Shown here piece by piece: positions 25,284 to 39,010 of a DNA stretch of 64,000 nucleotides. The translations under genes and the position numbers were made by a program. The notes under the pieces were generated by a model. The model was not told the origin of the DNA and did no database searches. It worked only from the letters and a program-made list of their open reading frames with translations. The stretch's first letter is position 1, and each line of letters opens with the position of its first letter. This DNA comes from the human T2T-CHM13v2.0 reference genome, Homo sapiens: the NCBI RefSeq assembly GCF_009914755.1, contig NC_060925.1, one strand, 5' to 3'.

Positions 25284-28200
25284 TAGAATTTCTTTAGGAA
25301 TGTCTAACTTACAACATGTAGACAAATGATTATCCTGCCTTGTCCAACACCTATTCTGGTTCTGCCTTATGAGAAATTAAATAAAACAATTCACTATATA
25401 AACTTCTGCAGATTTTCTGAGGTAGCTCTTCAATACGTCCATATCTTTTCATCTCTACTGCAACAACTCTAAGCTAGGTAGCTGTCATTTCTCCCTAGAA
25501 AATTGTTTTACCTTTTTTCAGTTATTTGTGTCCAATCTTATCTTTGCAAAATAAAATTAGATAATGACGCTTCCCTCCTTAAAATCTTCCACCTGCTCCT
25601 GCACCCTACATAGTAAACTTCCTTCAGTTTTTTAGTTGTGCCATATTTTGCCTTCTCAAACTACCTTTTGTTCAGTATACCCTTTCCTCTTCTCCACTGT
25701 TTACCCAAGTTTCTTCTGTTCTTCCTTTGGACAAGTTTGAACTTAAATGACATTTGCGGGGGTAGCCTCTCCCAGTCTTCACTATGCTCTGCTATTCTTT
25801 GTTCCTTTAGCTGAAGGCTTATTCTAGAGCCTGAGCAAATGACTGCTCTTAGTCCAGCCCTTTACACTGCTTACCTTATTTATATTAACACTGAAATAAT
25901 GGAAGCAGAAAATGAGCTAGAATAACAACAACAACAAACAAACAACAAACAGCCCTCCCTAAGGGCTTAGGCCAAGCTAGCGATAGTTAACAAGGCTTCA
26001 CCTCAGCTTTTGATTGGGGCATGAGATACTTTCAAGACATCTCACTGAACATCTTCATGGGAGGAAAACCAAGATGAGAGAGAAATTTAGACTGACCAAA
26101 AAGAAGTTTGAGGACAATAACCCTTTAAAAAATTGTTCTCTTCCTCTTGATAGTGTGCCTAATTTCATGTCCACCACCTGGTAGAAACAGTGAAATCAGC
26201 ACAGTATCTCACATACTGTAGGCCATCAAAAACACCTGTTGAATATATGAATAAATGAGGAAATGGATGAATAATTGAATGAGGAAAGAACCTTTTCCTC
26301 TTGAATTCCTGTTAGAGTTTACATTGTTTGGCTAGCAGCCACCTGCCGAAATGATCACTGTCTGCTGATGTCTCATGAGATTCATACCCTGGGTGGGTTG
26401 TGTGTGTGTATGTGTGTGTGTCAGGCTTCATACTTGTAGCACATCCCTTTTATGGTACCTTTTCTATAACCATTGGAACACATATTTCTATTAAGCTTCT
26501 TAAGATCAGTACTTTGTCTCTAGTGCTTTACAGAGAGGTACATGTAAGTATTCATAAAGCCTTGTTGAATAAAAGATAATTATTATAAAAAGATACAATA
26601 TTTTTACATATTCTCTATGAAATATGTAATTTGTGTGTACAGAAGTATAAACCCCAAGAATTTTTACAATATTCCAAACAAAAGAATTAGTGGCAATATA
26701 ATTTCAGGTGTATCTATTTATAAAACGGCTTATTTTATCATTGTTTTTTATTACTGTAATGGGAAAGTCTGTATCAAATCAACCTTTTTAAAAAAATGGT
26801 TTTCACAGGTAGAAATAATATTTATATAGTTCCCTTTGCTTTGTTTCAGAAAAAAGAGTTGCTAAATGTAATGTCTAGAGCTAGCCATAGGCCTAATGAA
26901 ACATTCCTATGCCACAACAGAGAACTCCTTTACAGTGAAGAGAAAGTTGATGTCTTTCATGGTGTGTTTTTCTCCCTTTACACAATCCCAGGCAAATGTT
27001 GCCAATTTCTGGCTCTGGGATTCTGTGTTTATGCTTTAAGTTTGGTTGCTGTCTTTTGTTTTTCCAGATTGACTGCAATAAAATGGATTAGGCCTTCCCT
27101 TACCAACTATAATTACATGCAGCCCTGCCTCCCTTAAATGATTCCTGGGAGACTTGATTGGAATCTGGGGCACCCCAAATGTTACTATCACATATTTTCT
27201 GACAATTTTAGGTTTATAACCATGGATGACTAATCTCATTCATGATGTGTGTTTTGGATATCTAAGGGTAAATGAAATTTCCTGGTTCACAGATTCTTAG
27301 TGAGCATGGTGCTTACAGTGTGCCACAGGCATGGCCAACATCCTTTAATAGAAGCACGTGCACAGCTATTATGTAGGCATACAATCTCCATTTAGAAGAT
27401 TGCAAAGGGAGAATCTCCCTGTTTACTTTTAGAATGGCAAAACAAAGACAGATATTTCTTGGAAGTGCAGAATGTAAAGTAGCAAACCCAACACAATGAT
27501 ATTTTATTATCCAAAGCATTTTGATTCTCACTCTACCTCAAATTAGCAGCATAGCAGATAGTAGCAAAATGTAATCTTTGGGGTGTTAGGCATTTCTTGT
27601 CACCCAAGATAAAGGGTCACAACAGATACAGGCTATTTGGCCTTTTAGTAAAAACTGACTATAAGCAGACTGCTTAGTAGGGCTAAACTGTTTGCCTCCA
27701 TTTTTATACCTTCTCTGAAACTCTTGATAGCTATGAATGAGTCAATTGGGCATGATCCAGGATCCCCCCAACAATAATTTTAGACTGTCAAGGCAGATCA
27801 TATTTGGGAAGAGTTAAACACAGCTCTCTGCAACATTAATTCCATTTGAGAAGCAAATGTTCCCAAGGGCACATGAGGACATGTCCTGCAGAATCTGGCT
27901 GTCAGTGGCGTCACAGGGCACAGCTCTGTCTTAGCATGTGGGGCCCAACACACTCCTGCAGAAGCAGTGAGAGGCAGCGACCTCAGGAAGATCTGAAGAG
28001 CAGAAGTGGTAAAAACATTGAACATTACAGCTGTGTGTCTTGTGACAATATTGTCTCTTATGGTAAATATAGAAACAAACTTTGTAATTGGGAAATTGAA
28101 CTTTGAAATGATTCTTCTATTAATTATTCTTCTAGCTTATATGTGAGTTTTTAAGTAATCAATGGGCACTTAAGCATAAAGTCATTATTTTTAATAGGAC

Positions 28201-30884
28201 CATTAGTGTATTTTTTTAACAAAATGGTGCTTATTGAATCTATTGCCTATGAATAAAAATGTCGGATTTCATTACGACTATTCTCTAGTAAAGTTTAATG
28301 AGTACATTGTATTCCACAGTGTGTGTAGCAATGTTATTTTGTAAATCATGCCATTATTTCTCTCTCATTTTTATATATTTATTTCATGTATTGTTTTCAT
28401 ATATATGGTTAACACATTTTTCAATTATTTCTGATTCAATGAGCATTAAACTTATCTCTCAATTTTTTCACACTACTTAGCCTCTCAAACCATACGTTAC
28501 TTTTTTACATTTAATGTTGAAAATATTAGCCTCATAATACATTAACTCTGACTTTATCCTTTTAATCTATATTCTACTCACCTCAATTGATTTTTTTGAA
28601 GATACACAACAAAAAAAGGCACTTCTTTTTGCAAGCAACTCATTACAAGATGCTGGGGATATAGTGATGTTCTGCTTCTGAAAATAGCACAAATAAAGAC
28701 CAACTACAAACTACAAACACACCAAATGTGATACTAATGAATTCCAAATACGTACAGATCACTACATGTGAATGGTAACCACCTAACACAAAGCCAGTGT
28801 TATAAGAGTCCCACAAGGTAACTTGGAGTGACACAAAGAAGTTACAGCAAAGAATTTATTGGTCTACTTTGCAGATTTTCTCATTTCTTCCATTAAAAAA
28901 GATATTATGCTCTTCTTATCCCATTGGATAAAAGGCAAAACCTGAAGACAAAAGGCTTGATTAGCTTGTCACCAACTAAAAGAGTTACAAAGGTGGAGGA
29001 GGGAGGTTGACAGAGTTTCACTTTGTGTCTAAACTATGTTCACTCTGGAATTCGTGCATATCGTGGCCTCTTTATAGGATTGAGTATTTCTAGAATTTGT
29101 ATGCAGTGCATGAGCTCCCAAAAAATCAACTGGGAAAAACCTTCCCCAAAGGAGGGAGTAAGGTACATAAATTTGGGACAATTATGATATCCAGGTATAC
29201 CTAAGAGGACATGATTTTCTGACCAACATGATACCTGTCAGCTAGTTTGTCCTTCAGCCTGGGCCTATGGAATCATGCGAGTCACAGAAAAAGACAGCTG
29301 AAATTGCAACATTCTTCATGAGAACTGTACCAAATTATGCAGCATCACAAGACAGCACTGCTTTAGCACCCTTGTCATGTAATTTGTTTTAAAGCACAAA
29401 GGTAGGTAGAATTTTCCCTTTCATCAGTGGGCATGTTTAAAGGACACCGTCTCTTTATTCATGTCAGAAGTACTTTTAAACTTAAACACGGTGTTTGGCC
29501 ACATTAGAACTCAATATGTCATTGATACAGTACAACTTTGACATCAGTGGCAGTCATCCGAGCTGTAAAGTACCCTTGTTAGGTATTACAGATACAAAAG
29601 GAGGTGAAAAACAGCAAAAAGTCAAAGCAATGGAAAAGAACAATCATAGGCACACGATGGCTGAAGGTATGGTGTTTCTAGCACATGTGAAATAACAATC
29701 TTGTACCCTCTCTTTTGGAAGATTCTAAAAAGAAAAAAAAAACTGCCAAGAATTCACCATGCATTAAAGTCACCACTCCCAAAAGACAACACCTAGGAGT
29801 ATTTACTTTACAGTTGTTGTGACCATATTTATTACTCCTAACCTGTTATGGTAGGAGAATTGTAGATACACAAAAGAGGTAATACACAAAAGAGGCAGAT
29901 CATAGGCATGTGCACAGATCACATGTAATGAGGTTGGCGCTACCTCCAAAAGCCAACTAGGCAAACTTCCAGGAAGCCAGAGCTCAAGCCAAATTTTCCA
30001 GTATAAACCACATACCAAAAGAGAAGCCTGATTAGGGCTGAGTGGCTCCACCAGGACAAAATAGTCAATGAGCCAAAAAAAAAGACTAAAAAAGTGTTTA
30101 ATGGACAGTACCTGCTCACAGAGTCACAGTCTCCTACCAGAAAGAGAGGAGAGGATCTGAGCATAGCTGCACCAAAAACAGACAATAAATAGTACCTAGG
30201 GTGAGGAATGTTTCCCAAGGATGGAAAAGCTAAGTTAGGAACATAGTGAAGCAAGAAAAAAGAGCAGAAATCGTCAATAATTGAAGTAATTGAAGCTAGA
30301 TGAGATTGAGACAAAAAATTTAAGTCAATAAATTAATAAAAGTTTACTCAGTACCTTAGCACTCAACATGAAGTCAGAAGCTATTGATATGTAATCAATG
30401 CAGGCAACTAAGGTACTGCAACCAAGGGGGCATCATAGCTTAGTGTCAAGATGGAATTTTGGAAGTAGACATATATATTTGAATCCCTTTTCCACTATCC
30501 ATAATCTGTGTGATTGCTGGTCTGTCATCTCCATAAAGACAAGAAGTCTGCATGAGGCATTTTCACCACATATCCTATTCTCCCAACCCAACATTTAGAT
30601 ATTATTCAATAATAGCATTCTGGTAGGGGAGAGCTACTACTACATTAAATCTATAGTGAAATTTGTTGCAATTTTTAAAAATGTTTAAATGGGCATCTTA
30701 GCATTAAAAATACGTAGTATTAAGCCTTCAAAATTATGTTTGAATAAATATATGAACTCACCTTTTTGAGTCCTAGATTTTTTTATCTGCACAATGATGA
30801 AAATAATACTGTTATTATTATCAGTACAATACTGGTAATATTACCAGTTATTATAATACTGTCATTATAAAAATAAAATAAGGG

Positions 30885-30922
30885 GTGTGTGTGTGTGTGT
30901 GTGTGTGTGTCTGCTTGTGTGT
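30885..30922. repeat. (GT)n microsatellite within MIR remnant
   Basis: Direct GTGT run. Confidence 0.9.
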
Positions 30923-31124
30923 GAGGTGCTCAGCACAATGCCCAGGACATTTGAAATAGTTTTCCTGTACTCTCCTTGCCCTATTTGGAGAGAACATGAA
31001 ATGGTTTGTCAATTTTAAAATAAATGATGTAAGGGGTTACTATGGGGAGAGGTTAAGTTGTGCTGAAGGATATCAGAAAGGTAAAGACAGAATGAATAGT
31101 TCAAAATGTTAAAAATCCAAAGGG

Positions 31125-31475
<351 letters not shown>

Positions 31476-31955
31476 TCAAGTGAAAGTCTCCAGGGACTCC
31501 TGACCTCACATGGAATATGGGCAGCAGCTACTGTAGAAGAGCTGGGAAAGGGAGAGAAGAGCATACAGAGCCTACTCAGGCCTGAGAGCAAAGCAATTCC
31601 TCTAAAATCTCTGGGCCTTACACTGAATGTGAAGTAGCAGCCACTTGTAGCTGGAGGAGAGACAGAATTGCTGAAAGAGCTCCCTCATCCCTACCCTAGA
31701 GTCACAAGTGTATTAAGGCAGAGCAGGACAATGGAGACAAGACTTGAAGGAACTCAGATCACATTCTCTGCTAAAGGAAAGATTCTGTTCCAGCCCTCAA
31801 ATTATTTGATGTTTGTGGTGAAATGAATCTAACTAAAGCCACCACAAAGTGCATACTCAGGTCAACCACATACTAGAGGGACTAACTCCCACCCGACCCC
31901 TACAAGCCTGACAAAGGTGCATGCCCTTTCTAAGGTAAAATGTTATTTACCTTAG

Positions 31956-32081
31956 TTTCTGTGGTTCTTTCACTCATAATGTCTAGCATTTAATCATAAA
32001 TTGCTAGACATGTAAAGATTTCTGTGGTTCTTTCACTCATAATGTCTAGCATTTAATCATAAATTGCTAGACATGTAAAGA
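31956..32081. repeat. Perfect 63-bp tandem duplication
   Basis: 31956-32018 is identical to 32019-32081. Confidence 0.97.
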
Positions 32082-32260
32082 AACAAGAAAGTGTGGCAAA
32101 TTGTTAAGGATAGAACCAGACCATAAGACTGGTCAATAGAACTAGACCCAGAAATTGACAGATGTTAGAAGTATCAGACACAAATTTTAATATAGCTATG
32201 CTAAATGTTTTAAAGAATCTAGTGGAAAAAGTTGCATGAACAGATGAAGAATTTCAGTAG

Positions 32261-32617
<357 letters not shown>

Positions 32618-33880
32618 AAAATTTGTTTAAAATCACTTCAGTGTGCTCATTAGCAGGATAGACACAGCAGAGGACACTCAAGGGAGGTTCAATGAATATC
32701 TAAAGTAAGGCAAAAACAAAATAAATCAAAATTAAATGAGAGAAATCAGTTTCTATTGAGCAGCCAGTTGAGACCATGCATTGACTGGATTACTCCAACA
32801 TCTCAATTAATTTTACCTAAAATTGTAGCCATAATCCTGCAACTTAGGGGCCCTTTATTATAACTCCCACCCATGAAGAGAAATCACAACTTGTTGGGAT
32901 GAGAAGGAGGAAGTAAGGAAGAAAAAAGGCTTCAAACAAAAGAATTTGAATTGAGTATTCAAAATAAACATAATATGGTGGGCCTTTTGGGTGACGAGAA
33001 GAGCATAACAGATAAAGACAAGAAAAGTAAATACAGAATATGTTTACAAAATGGCAAAAGGGTTATGAACGTCATACTGAGAAAACATACACACAAGTGA
33101 TACTGACCTACTTAAGAGAGTTTATACTATCAACTTCTGATATTTTCTTCTTAATCTGCTCACAATAATTAATACTGTGCTGTATGGAAAGTAGGTACTA
33201 AATAAATATTTATTTTAAATGAAACATGTGAGTGAGGGAATGAATGAATGAATAATGAAAGCAGTTGTCAGCACATTTTGAAGAGCTGGTAACAGTGGTG
33301 TCTTAATCTACACAATAACATAAAATACTCTGGGATATCTTAGATCAGGAGTTCTAGCTACAGAAAGAGAGATATGCAAGGAGAAATTAAAAATAAAATA
33401 GGGATAGTTTAAGTCAGAGCCTTAAGACATCACAACAAGAGAATTAACCAAGAGCAAAATGGCACCCCCCTTTCCCTTGCCTTCTGAAGCAGTAACTCTG
33501 CCCCTCATCAAACATGGAAATGACTGCCCAGTAGAGCCATGGACATCACACATGACCCTGTCCTTGAATTTTTTCAACAACCACCATTTCAGATTCATGA
33601 ATTCCTACATATGTCAGGCATAGAGCTAAGTACCACTGTATATACTTGTAAATGGGACAAGCCTTGATTCTGCCTCCGGGAAGTTTACAGAATAAAGGAG
33701 GTTTTAAATGCTGTGCAATGCAGATCGAAGTTTGCATTGATTCTGAGATTCAGTGATTTAGTCTTCAGTACTCTCAAGGGCTCTACTAACTGGCCTTAGT
33801 TTTTAGAACCTTAACCTATATATATCTCTCTCCTCACTGACAAGCTATAGAGCTTATTTATCAAATAGAAAATAATTTGA

Positions 33881-34260
<380 letters not shown>

Positions 34261-34895
34261 TTTTCTTTTCTTTTACTTTTAAGTTCATGGGTACAAGTGC
34301 AGGTTTGTTACATAGGTAAGCTTGTGTCATGGGGATTCGTTGTACAGATTATTTCATCACCAGGTATTAAGCCCAGTAACCATTAGTTATTTTTCCTAAT
34401 CCTCTCCCTTCTTCCACCCTCCACCCTCTGATAGGCCCCAGTGTGGACTGTTCCCTTCTATGTGTCTGTGTGTTCGCATCATTTAGCTCCCACTTATAAG
34501 TAAGAAGATGTGGTATTTGGTTTTCTGTTCCTTGTTAGTATGCAAAGGATAATGGCCTCCAGCTCCATCCATGTCCCTGTAAAGGATATGATCTCATTCT
34601 TTTTTGTAGCTGCGTAGTATTCCATAGTGTATATGTACCACTTTTCTTTATCCATTCTATCATTGATGGGCATTTAGATTGATTACATGTCTTTGCTATA
34701 CATGTCTTTGCTATTGTGAATAGTGCTGCAATTAACATATGCACGCGTGTGTCTTTATGACAGAATGATTTCTATTCCTTTGGGTATATACCCAGTAATG
34801 GGATTGATGGGTTGAATGGTATTTCTGTTGGTGGGAGTGTAAATTAGTTCAGCCATTGTGGAAGACAGTGTGGTGACTCCTCAAAGACTTAAATA
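34261..34895 (-). mobile_element. 5'-truncated L1PA (PA13-like) 3' end with 5' inversion
   Basis: Antisense L1 3'UTR to ~34828, then sense piece 34825-34893; TSD TGGTAGTCACATTTT 33921-33935 / TGATAGACGCATTTT 34896-34910. Confidence 0.88.
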
Positions 34896-36409
34896 TGATA
34901 GACGCATTTTAAAAAGTAAAGTGAAACAGTTCAAATTAATTTAAATAATAAATTTAGCCCAATATATCCAAAACGTTATTATTTCCACATGTAATCAACA
35001 TAAAAATGATTGCAATATTTTATAGCTAGCCTTTGAAATCCAAGGTATGTTACATTTAATGCTCATCTCAATTCCCATTGGCCCCACTTAAATGTCCAGC
35101 AGCCACATGTGGCTAAACTATGGAGTCTGTCCTGTTTCATAAGTAGGAATGTATACCTTGTGACAGAGTGCATACTGTGGGAGAAGCTTTGAAAAACAGA
35201 AATAAAAACAGAGAGAAAACAAGCCCTAAAAATATAAAAAACAATGACTGACAAAGAATTGAATCTCTCCAAAATCTGTAGGAAAGAAGACACTGGGAGA
35301 TTTGAAACTCCAGCCAGTGAACATTGCTCAGGATCAAATGTTGCCTAACACAGGATTTTGTGTTGGAGATTCTGAGTTTTATTCCTGTTTTACCACCTTC
35401 CCACAACTGGCCCTCAAGAAAATAATTTGCCCTGATTGTGCCTCAACTTTTTTACTTAAAAATGAAAATAATAATGTGAACTGAGTTCACACAGGTCTTA
35501 ACAGATGAATAAATATTGAAAAAAAAAATCATATGCATAGGAACAATGCAAATTGTTCTGATTCTTAACTCCTCCTCAAACGCAGGACCTTTCTATTCTG
35601 GTGTATTTCATCCCCCACAAAATATTTTTAAGAGTCTCCAAGAGACGCCTTTAAATGTACTTGGAAAGAAGTCCAAGCTGCCGGGTGCTGGGACTTGTCT
35701 GCCAGGCAACTGCTACCTCCTGTAGGACACCACTCCACTCAGACTGAATTCCATGGATTATTTAAAAAGGTGCACTTCTCCTTGCTGAAAAATAGAAGTA
35801 AGTCAGATAAAGTGTAGTAAGTTAGCTCTCAAAGCAGTATGAACCAAATTAATGGAGTGTTTTAAGTTCTGTGTAAAATAAACATACGACTAGTGATACA
35901 ACTGTGGTCACCCCAGGAATGAGGTTGCTCTTTTCCATGAAGGCCTAATATAACTGAAAATGGGTGAAACCCTGCTGGGATGAAGTCAGAGGTCAGATAG
36001 CTAAATATAAGCACATTTTTCTAAAACCTACTGTGAAAGGCAGTAGAGCAGTCTAACATGAATATGGTTTTGGCATTTTTATTTCAAGCTGTGACCTCTT
36101 CAAAAAAAAAAAGTTACTGGGATTTATTATTATTTAGATGATAAAAGCTGGTCAAGAACCCAGAATGAAGACTAAATAAGTTAGTTCAAGGTCCTGCCTT
36201 GGTTAAAAAGTGTAAGAAAAATGTTTCAATGCAAAAGTACCGTATCAGGGGTCGCTAATATCTAAAAATGCATATGAGGAGGCAGTCCTTTGATTATAGA
36301 TTTTTTTTCACCATTAAACTGCAAGTATTCTGAGCAATGTAACATCAAAACACTGTGAGATATTTATGCCTCAGGCAGAATAAATATTAAATCTTGTTTT
36401 ACTTAGCAT

Positions 36410-36923
36410 GTGTTTTCCCAAATACCAAAACTGAGAAAAAGGCTGACACAGAGGTAATTTATTTGGGAAGTGATGCCTTGGAGAGAAAATAAGTTACAGA
36501 GGGAGTAAAAGAGAGAGAGAGAGAGGAAAAGCCAATACAACAAATTAATTTGGCCATAGGTATGGGTAACTGGGATTCAATCTCATGGGACTTTCTGAAG
36601 GGTTTTATGAAGTGAGTCACAAAGCTGTACACTTTGGGTATGGTTGGGAGACAAATTCACCCATTGTCTCTTGCCCCTTGCCAAGACTGGCCTCAGGGGC
36701 ATATATGTCAAGTCAGCTTCAGCAAGTGTCCCAGATTGTAGCATCAGCAAAACCTTAAGAAAGGAATCAAGAGGTATTCAGTGTAGTCCCAACTAGAAGG
36801 GTTGTCAGGCTTCACCAGTGTAAAGCTAGTCAAAGATTATATGGAACATGCTGCCACAGCAAAGGCTAAAATGACAGATGGAACTAAGAGGGTTTGAACA
36901 GCACACAAAAGGTGTCCAATACA
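36410..36923 (-). mobile_element. ERVL LTR (LTR16-family)
   Basis: tttatttgggaagtgat..gaaaagccaata..gggtaactgggattcaatc LTR16-like motifs; abuts polypurine-tract complement tccactcctt. Confidence 0.65.
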
Positions 36924-38420
36924 GTCCACTCCTTTTATTACTTCGATCTTTATTAAGTCCAAACTTTTAGTCCTATTTAGGGTTGTGAATGGCCACAATC
37001 TCTGCATGTAATTAATGCAAGAGAGTTAGTGGAACAGGTCTTAAAGTAAAAATTGACGTTCATTATCTCCCACCAGCATGACCAATCCCATATTTTCCTC
37101 ACCATCAGATGGCACTTCAGCTGATCTAGGTTGCTTGCCTACTAGGGTAAACCAGACCTTCATCTGTAAAGGATATGCATTCCTCAGTGTCTTGCCCTTG
37201 TCAGGCTTTGCTTGTTAATAGTTACTTGTTCATCATTATCAGTGGACAGAGAAAAACCAGTGAATGCCATAGTGACTCCTTACATTCCAGATATGCTCCT
37301 TTCTGACTTGTTTCATCAATTGTAACTCCTCCTGATAATCAAGATCAATCATCCCACCAATATCATCCATGTTTTCTTTGCCTATTGGTACTCTGGCATG
37401 AAGTTTCCAAAAAGAACAGGTTGTAACTGTAGCTTTAAGTTTAAAATTGTAGCTTTAAAGTGGAACTAGTATGTCGCCTGGTGGGACATCATCCCCACCC
37501 CAGGAACCAAGATCTCTAATGTGGTACAACCTTAAGCTGTTGGGACAGGAGATGTAAATTCCACAAGTGAGTTCTCACCACAGTGATGGTGAGAGAACTC
37601 ATCCTACTTCCACCTTTTGGTTCAGAGACTCACATGTTGCATCTACAGGGGGAATATATTAGTTGCCTAGGGATGGGGTAACAAAACTGGGTGACTTAAG
37701 ATAACAGAGATCTTGTTTTACAGTTCGGTGGCTAGAAGTTTAAAATCTCAAAAGACTCAAGTGATGAACCATTCCTTGCCTCTTCCTAGCTTCTGATGGT
37801 TGCTGTCGATCTTCAATGGTCCTTGGCTCACAGCTGTATCACTCTAATCTCTGCTTCCTTCATCACATGGTTTTATTCCCTACGTCTCTCTGAAAGCCTG
37901 TGTTCAAATTTTCCTCTTCTTATAAGGAGACCAAGTCATTAGATTTAAGGCCTACCCTAATCTAGTATGACCTCATCTTAAGTTGATTATATCTGCAAAG
38001 ACCCTATTTTCAAATAAGGTCACATTTACGGGTTCCAGTTGGATAGGAATGAATGAGGGGGAGGGAAGCATTTCAATACAATATAGGGACACAGAATGTA
38101 TATCAGCACAGATATGGCACCCCAGAGGACAGTACTGCCATCGCTCAGGATTGTTCACAAGCTAGTGCTTTATCTGAGCCTATAGCAGGCCTTTCCAACA
38201 GTCCATTATCTATTCTGTGCAAATATAAGAAATATGACCCAAAGATGTTAAATTCTAGTTCACACAGCTAGAATGGATCACAGATTTTGGAGTCATGCCC
38301 CAGTCTACCATCTCTAAGTTAAGTACAGTCTCCTTTACAGAATATTTCCTCTAATTATTGTTTTCCCAAATGTTTTTTCAGCTCAGAAAATTTTGTGCCA
38401 TTATTTCTAGACAACTGGCC
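36924..38420 (-). mobile_element. ERVL internal remnant (3' pol/integrase-dUTPase region), interrupted by MLT1
   Basis: Reverse complement resembles ERVL (tagagatcttggttcc..cccaccaggcgac..gggatgattgatcttgattatcaggagga). Confidence 0.65.
37656..38085 (-). mobile_element. MLT1B/C MaLR LTR
   Basis: ccttgcctcttcctagcttctg, tcttataagga..atgacctcatcttaa..tctgcaaagaccctattt..aataaggtcacatt. Confidence 0.85.
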
Positions 38421-38699
38421 TAGTTGAAAAAGCTACTGGGTGTTCTTTCCCACCATCTTTAGAGTTAGGGAAAACTGGTTTGGGATCCTAATTCAATCAA
38501 TTCCTGCTTTTGGATCGTGTAGCCTTTCCAGCCTCAAATGACCAATGCATAAAGTGGGGGCAGTAGTATCCATCTCACATAGTGAATGGGTAGAGTATAT
38601 AAGATGGTATTTGTAAAGCATTAAGCACAATTCTTGGCACATAGTGCTACATGATGCTTGTCACTGTGCCAAGTGCTCTGGAAGAACCACACTCATCTT

Positions 38700-39010
38700 G
38701 GGGGCTTTTAGAATAGCCATTTTTGTCCATTCCTCTTACTTTTTCCTCCTTCCAGGAATGCTGAATTGATGGCTGGAAATGTGATAGTCATCTTGAATAA
38801 TAAGGCAATGTTGAGGGTGGAAGTCACATACTAAGGATGGTAGAGCAAAAGAAAGCAAGGAATCTGAGTCCTTGAAGACAGGGGAGCTGTCATACCACCC
38901 AAAAACTGCAAGCTCCAGGTTCCTTTTACATTAGTGAGTAATAAGCCACTACTCTGTTAATCCAACTTATTTAGCTTTATCGTTTTATACTGCAAAGCCT
39001 AATGCTAACT
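38700..39010 (+). mobile_element. MLT1J-like LTR fragment
   Basis: gatggctggaa..catcttg..ggatggtagagcaaaaga..gagtccttga. Confidence 0.55.
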
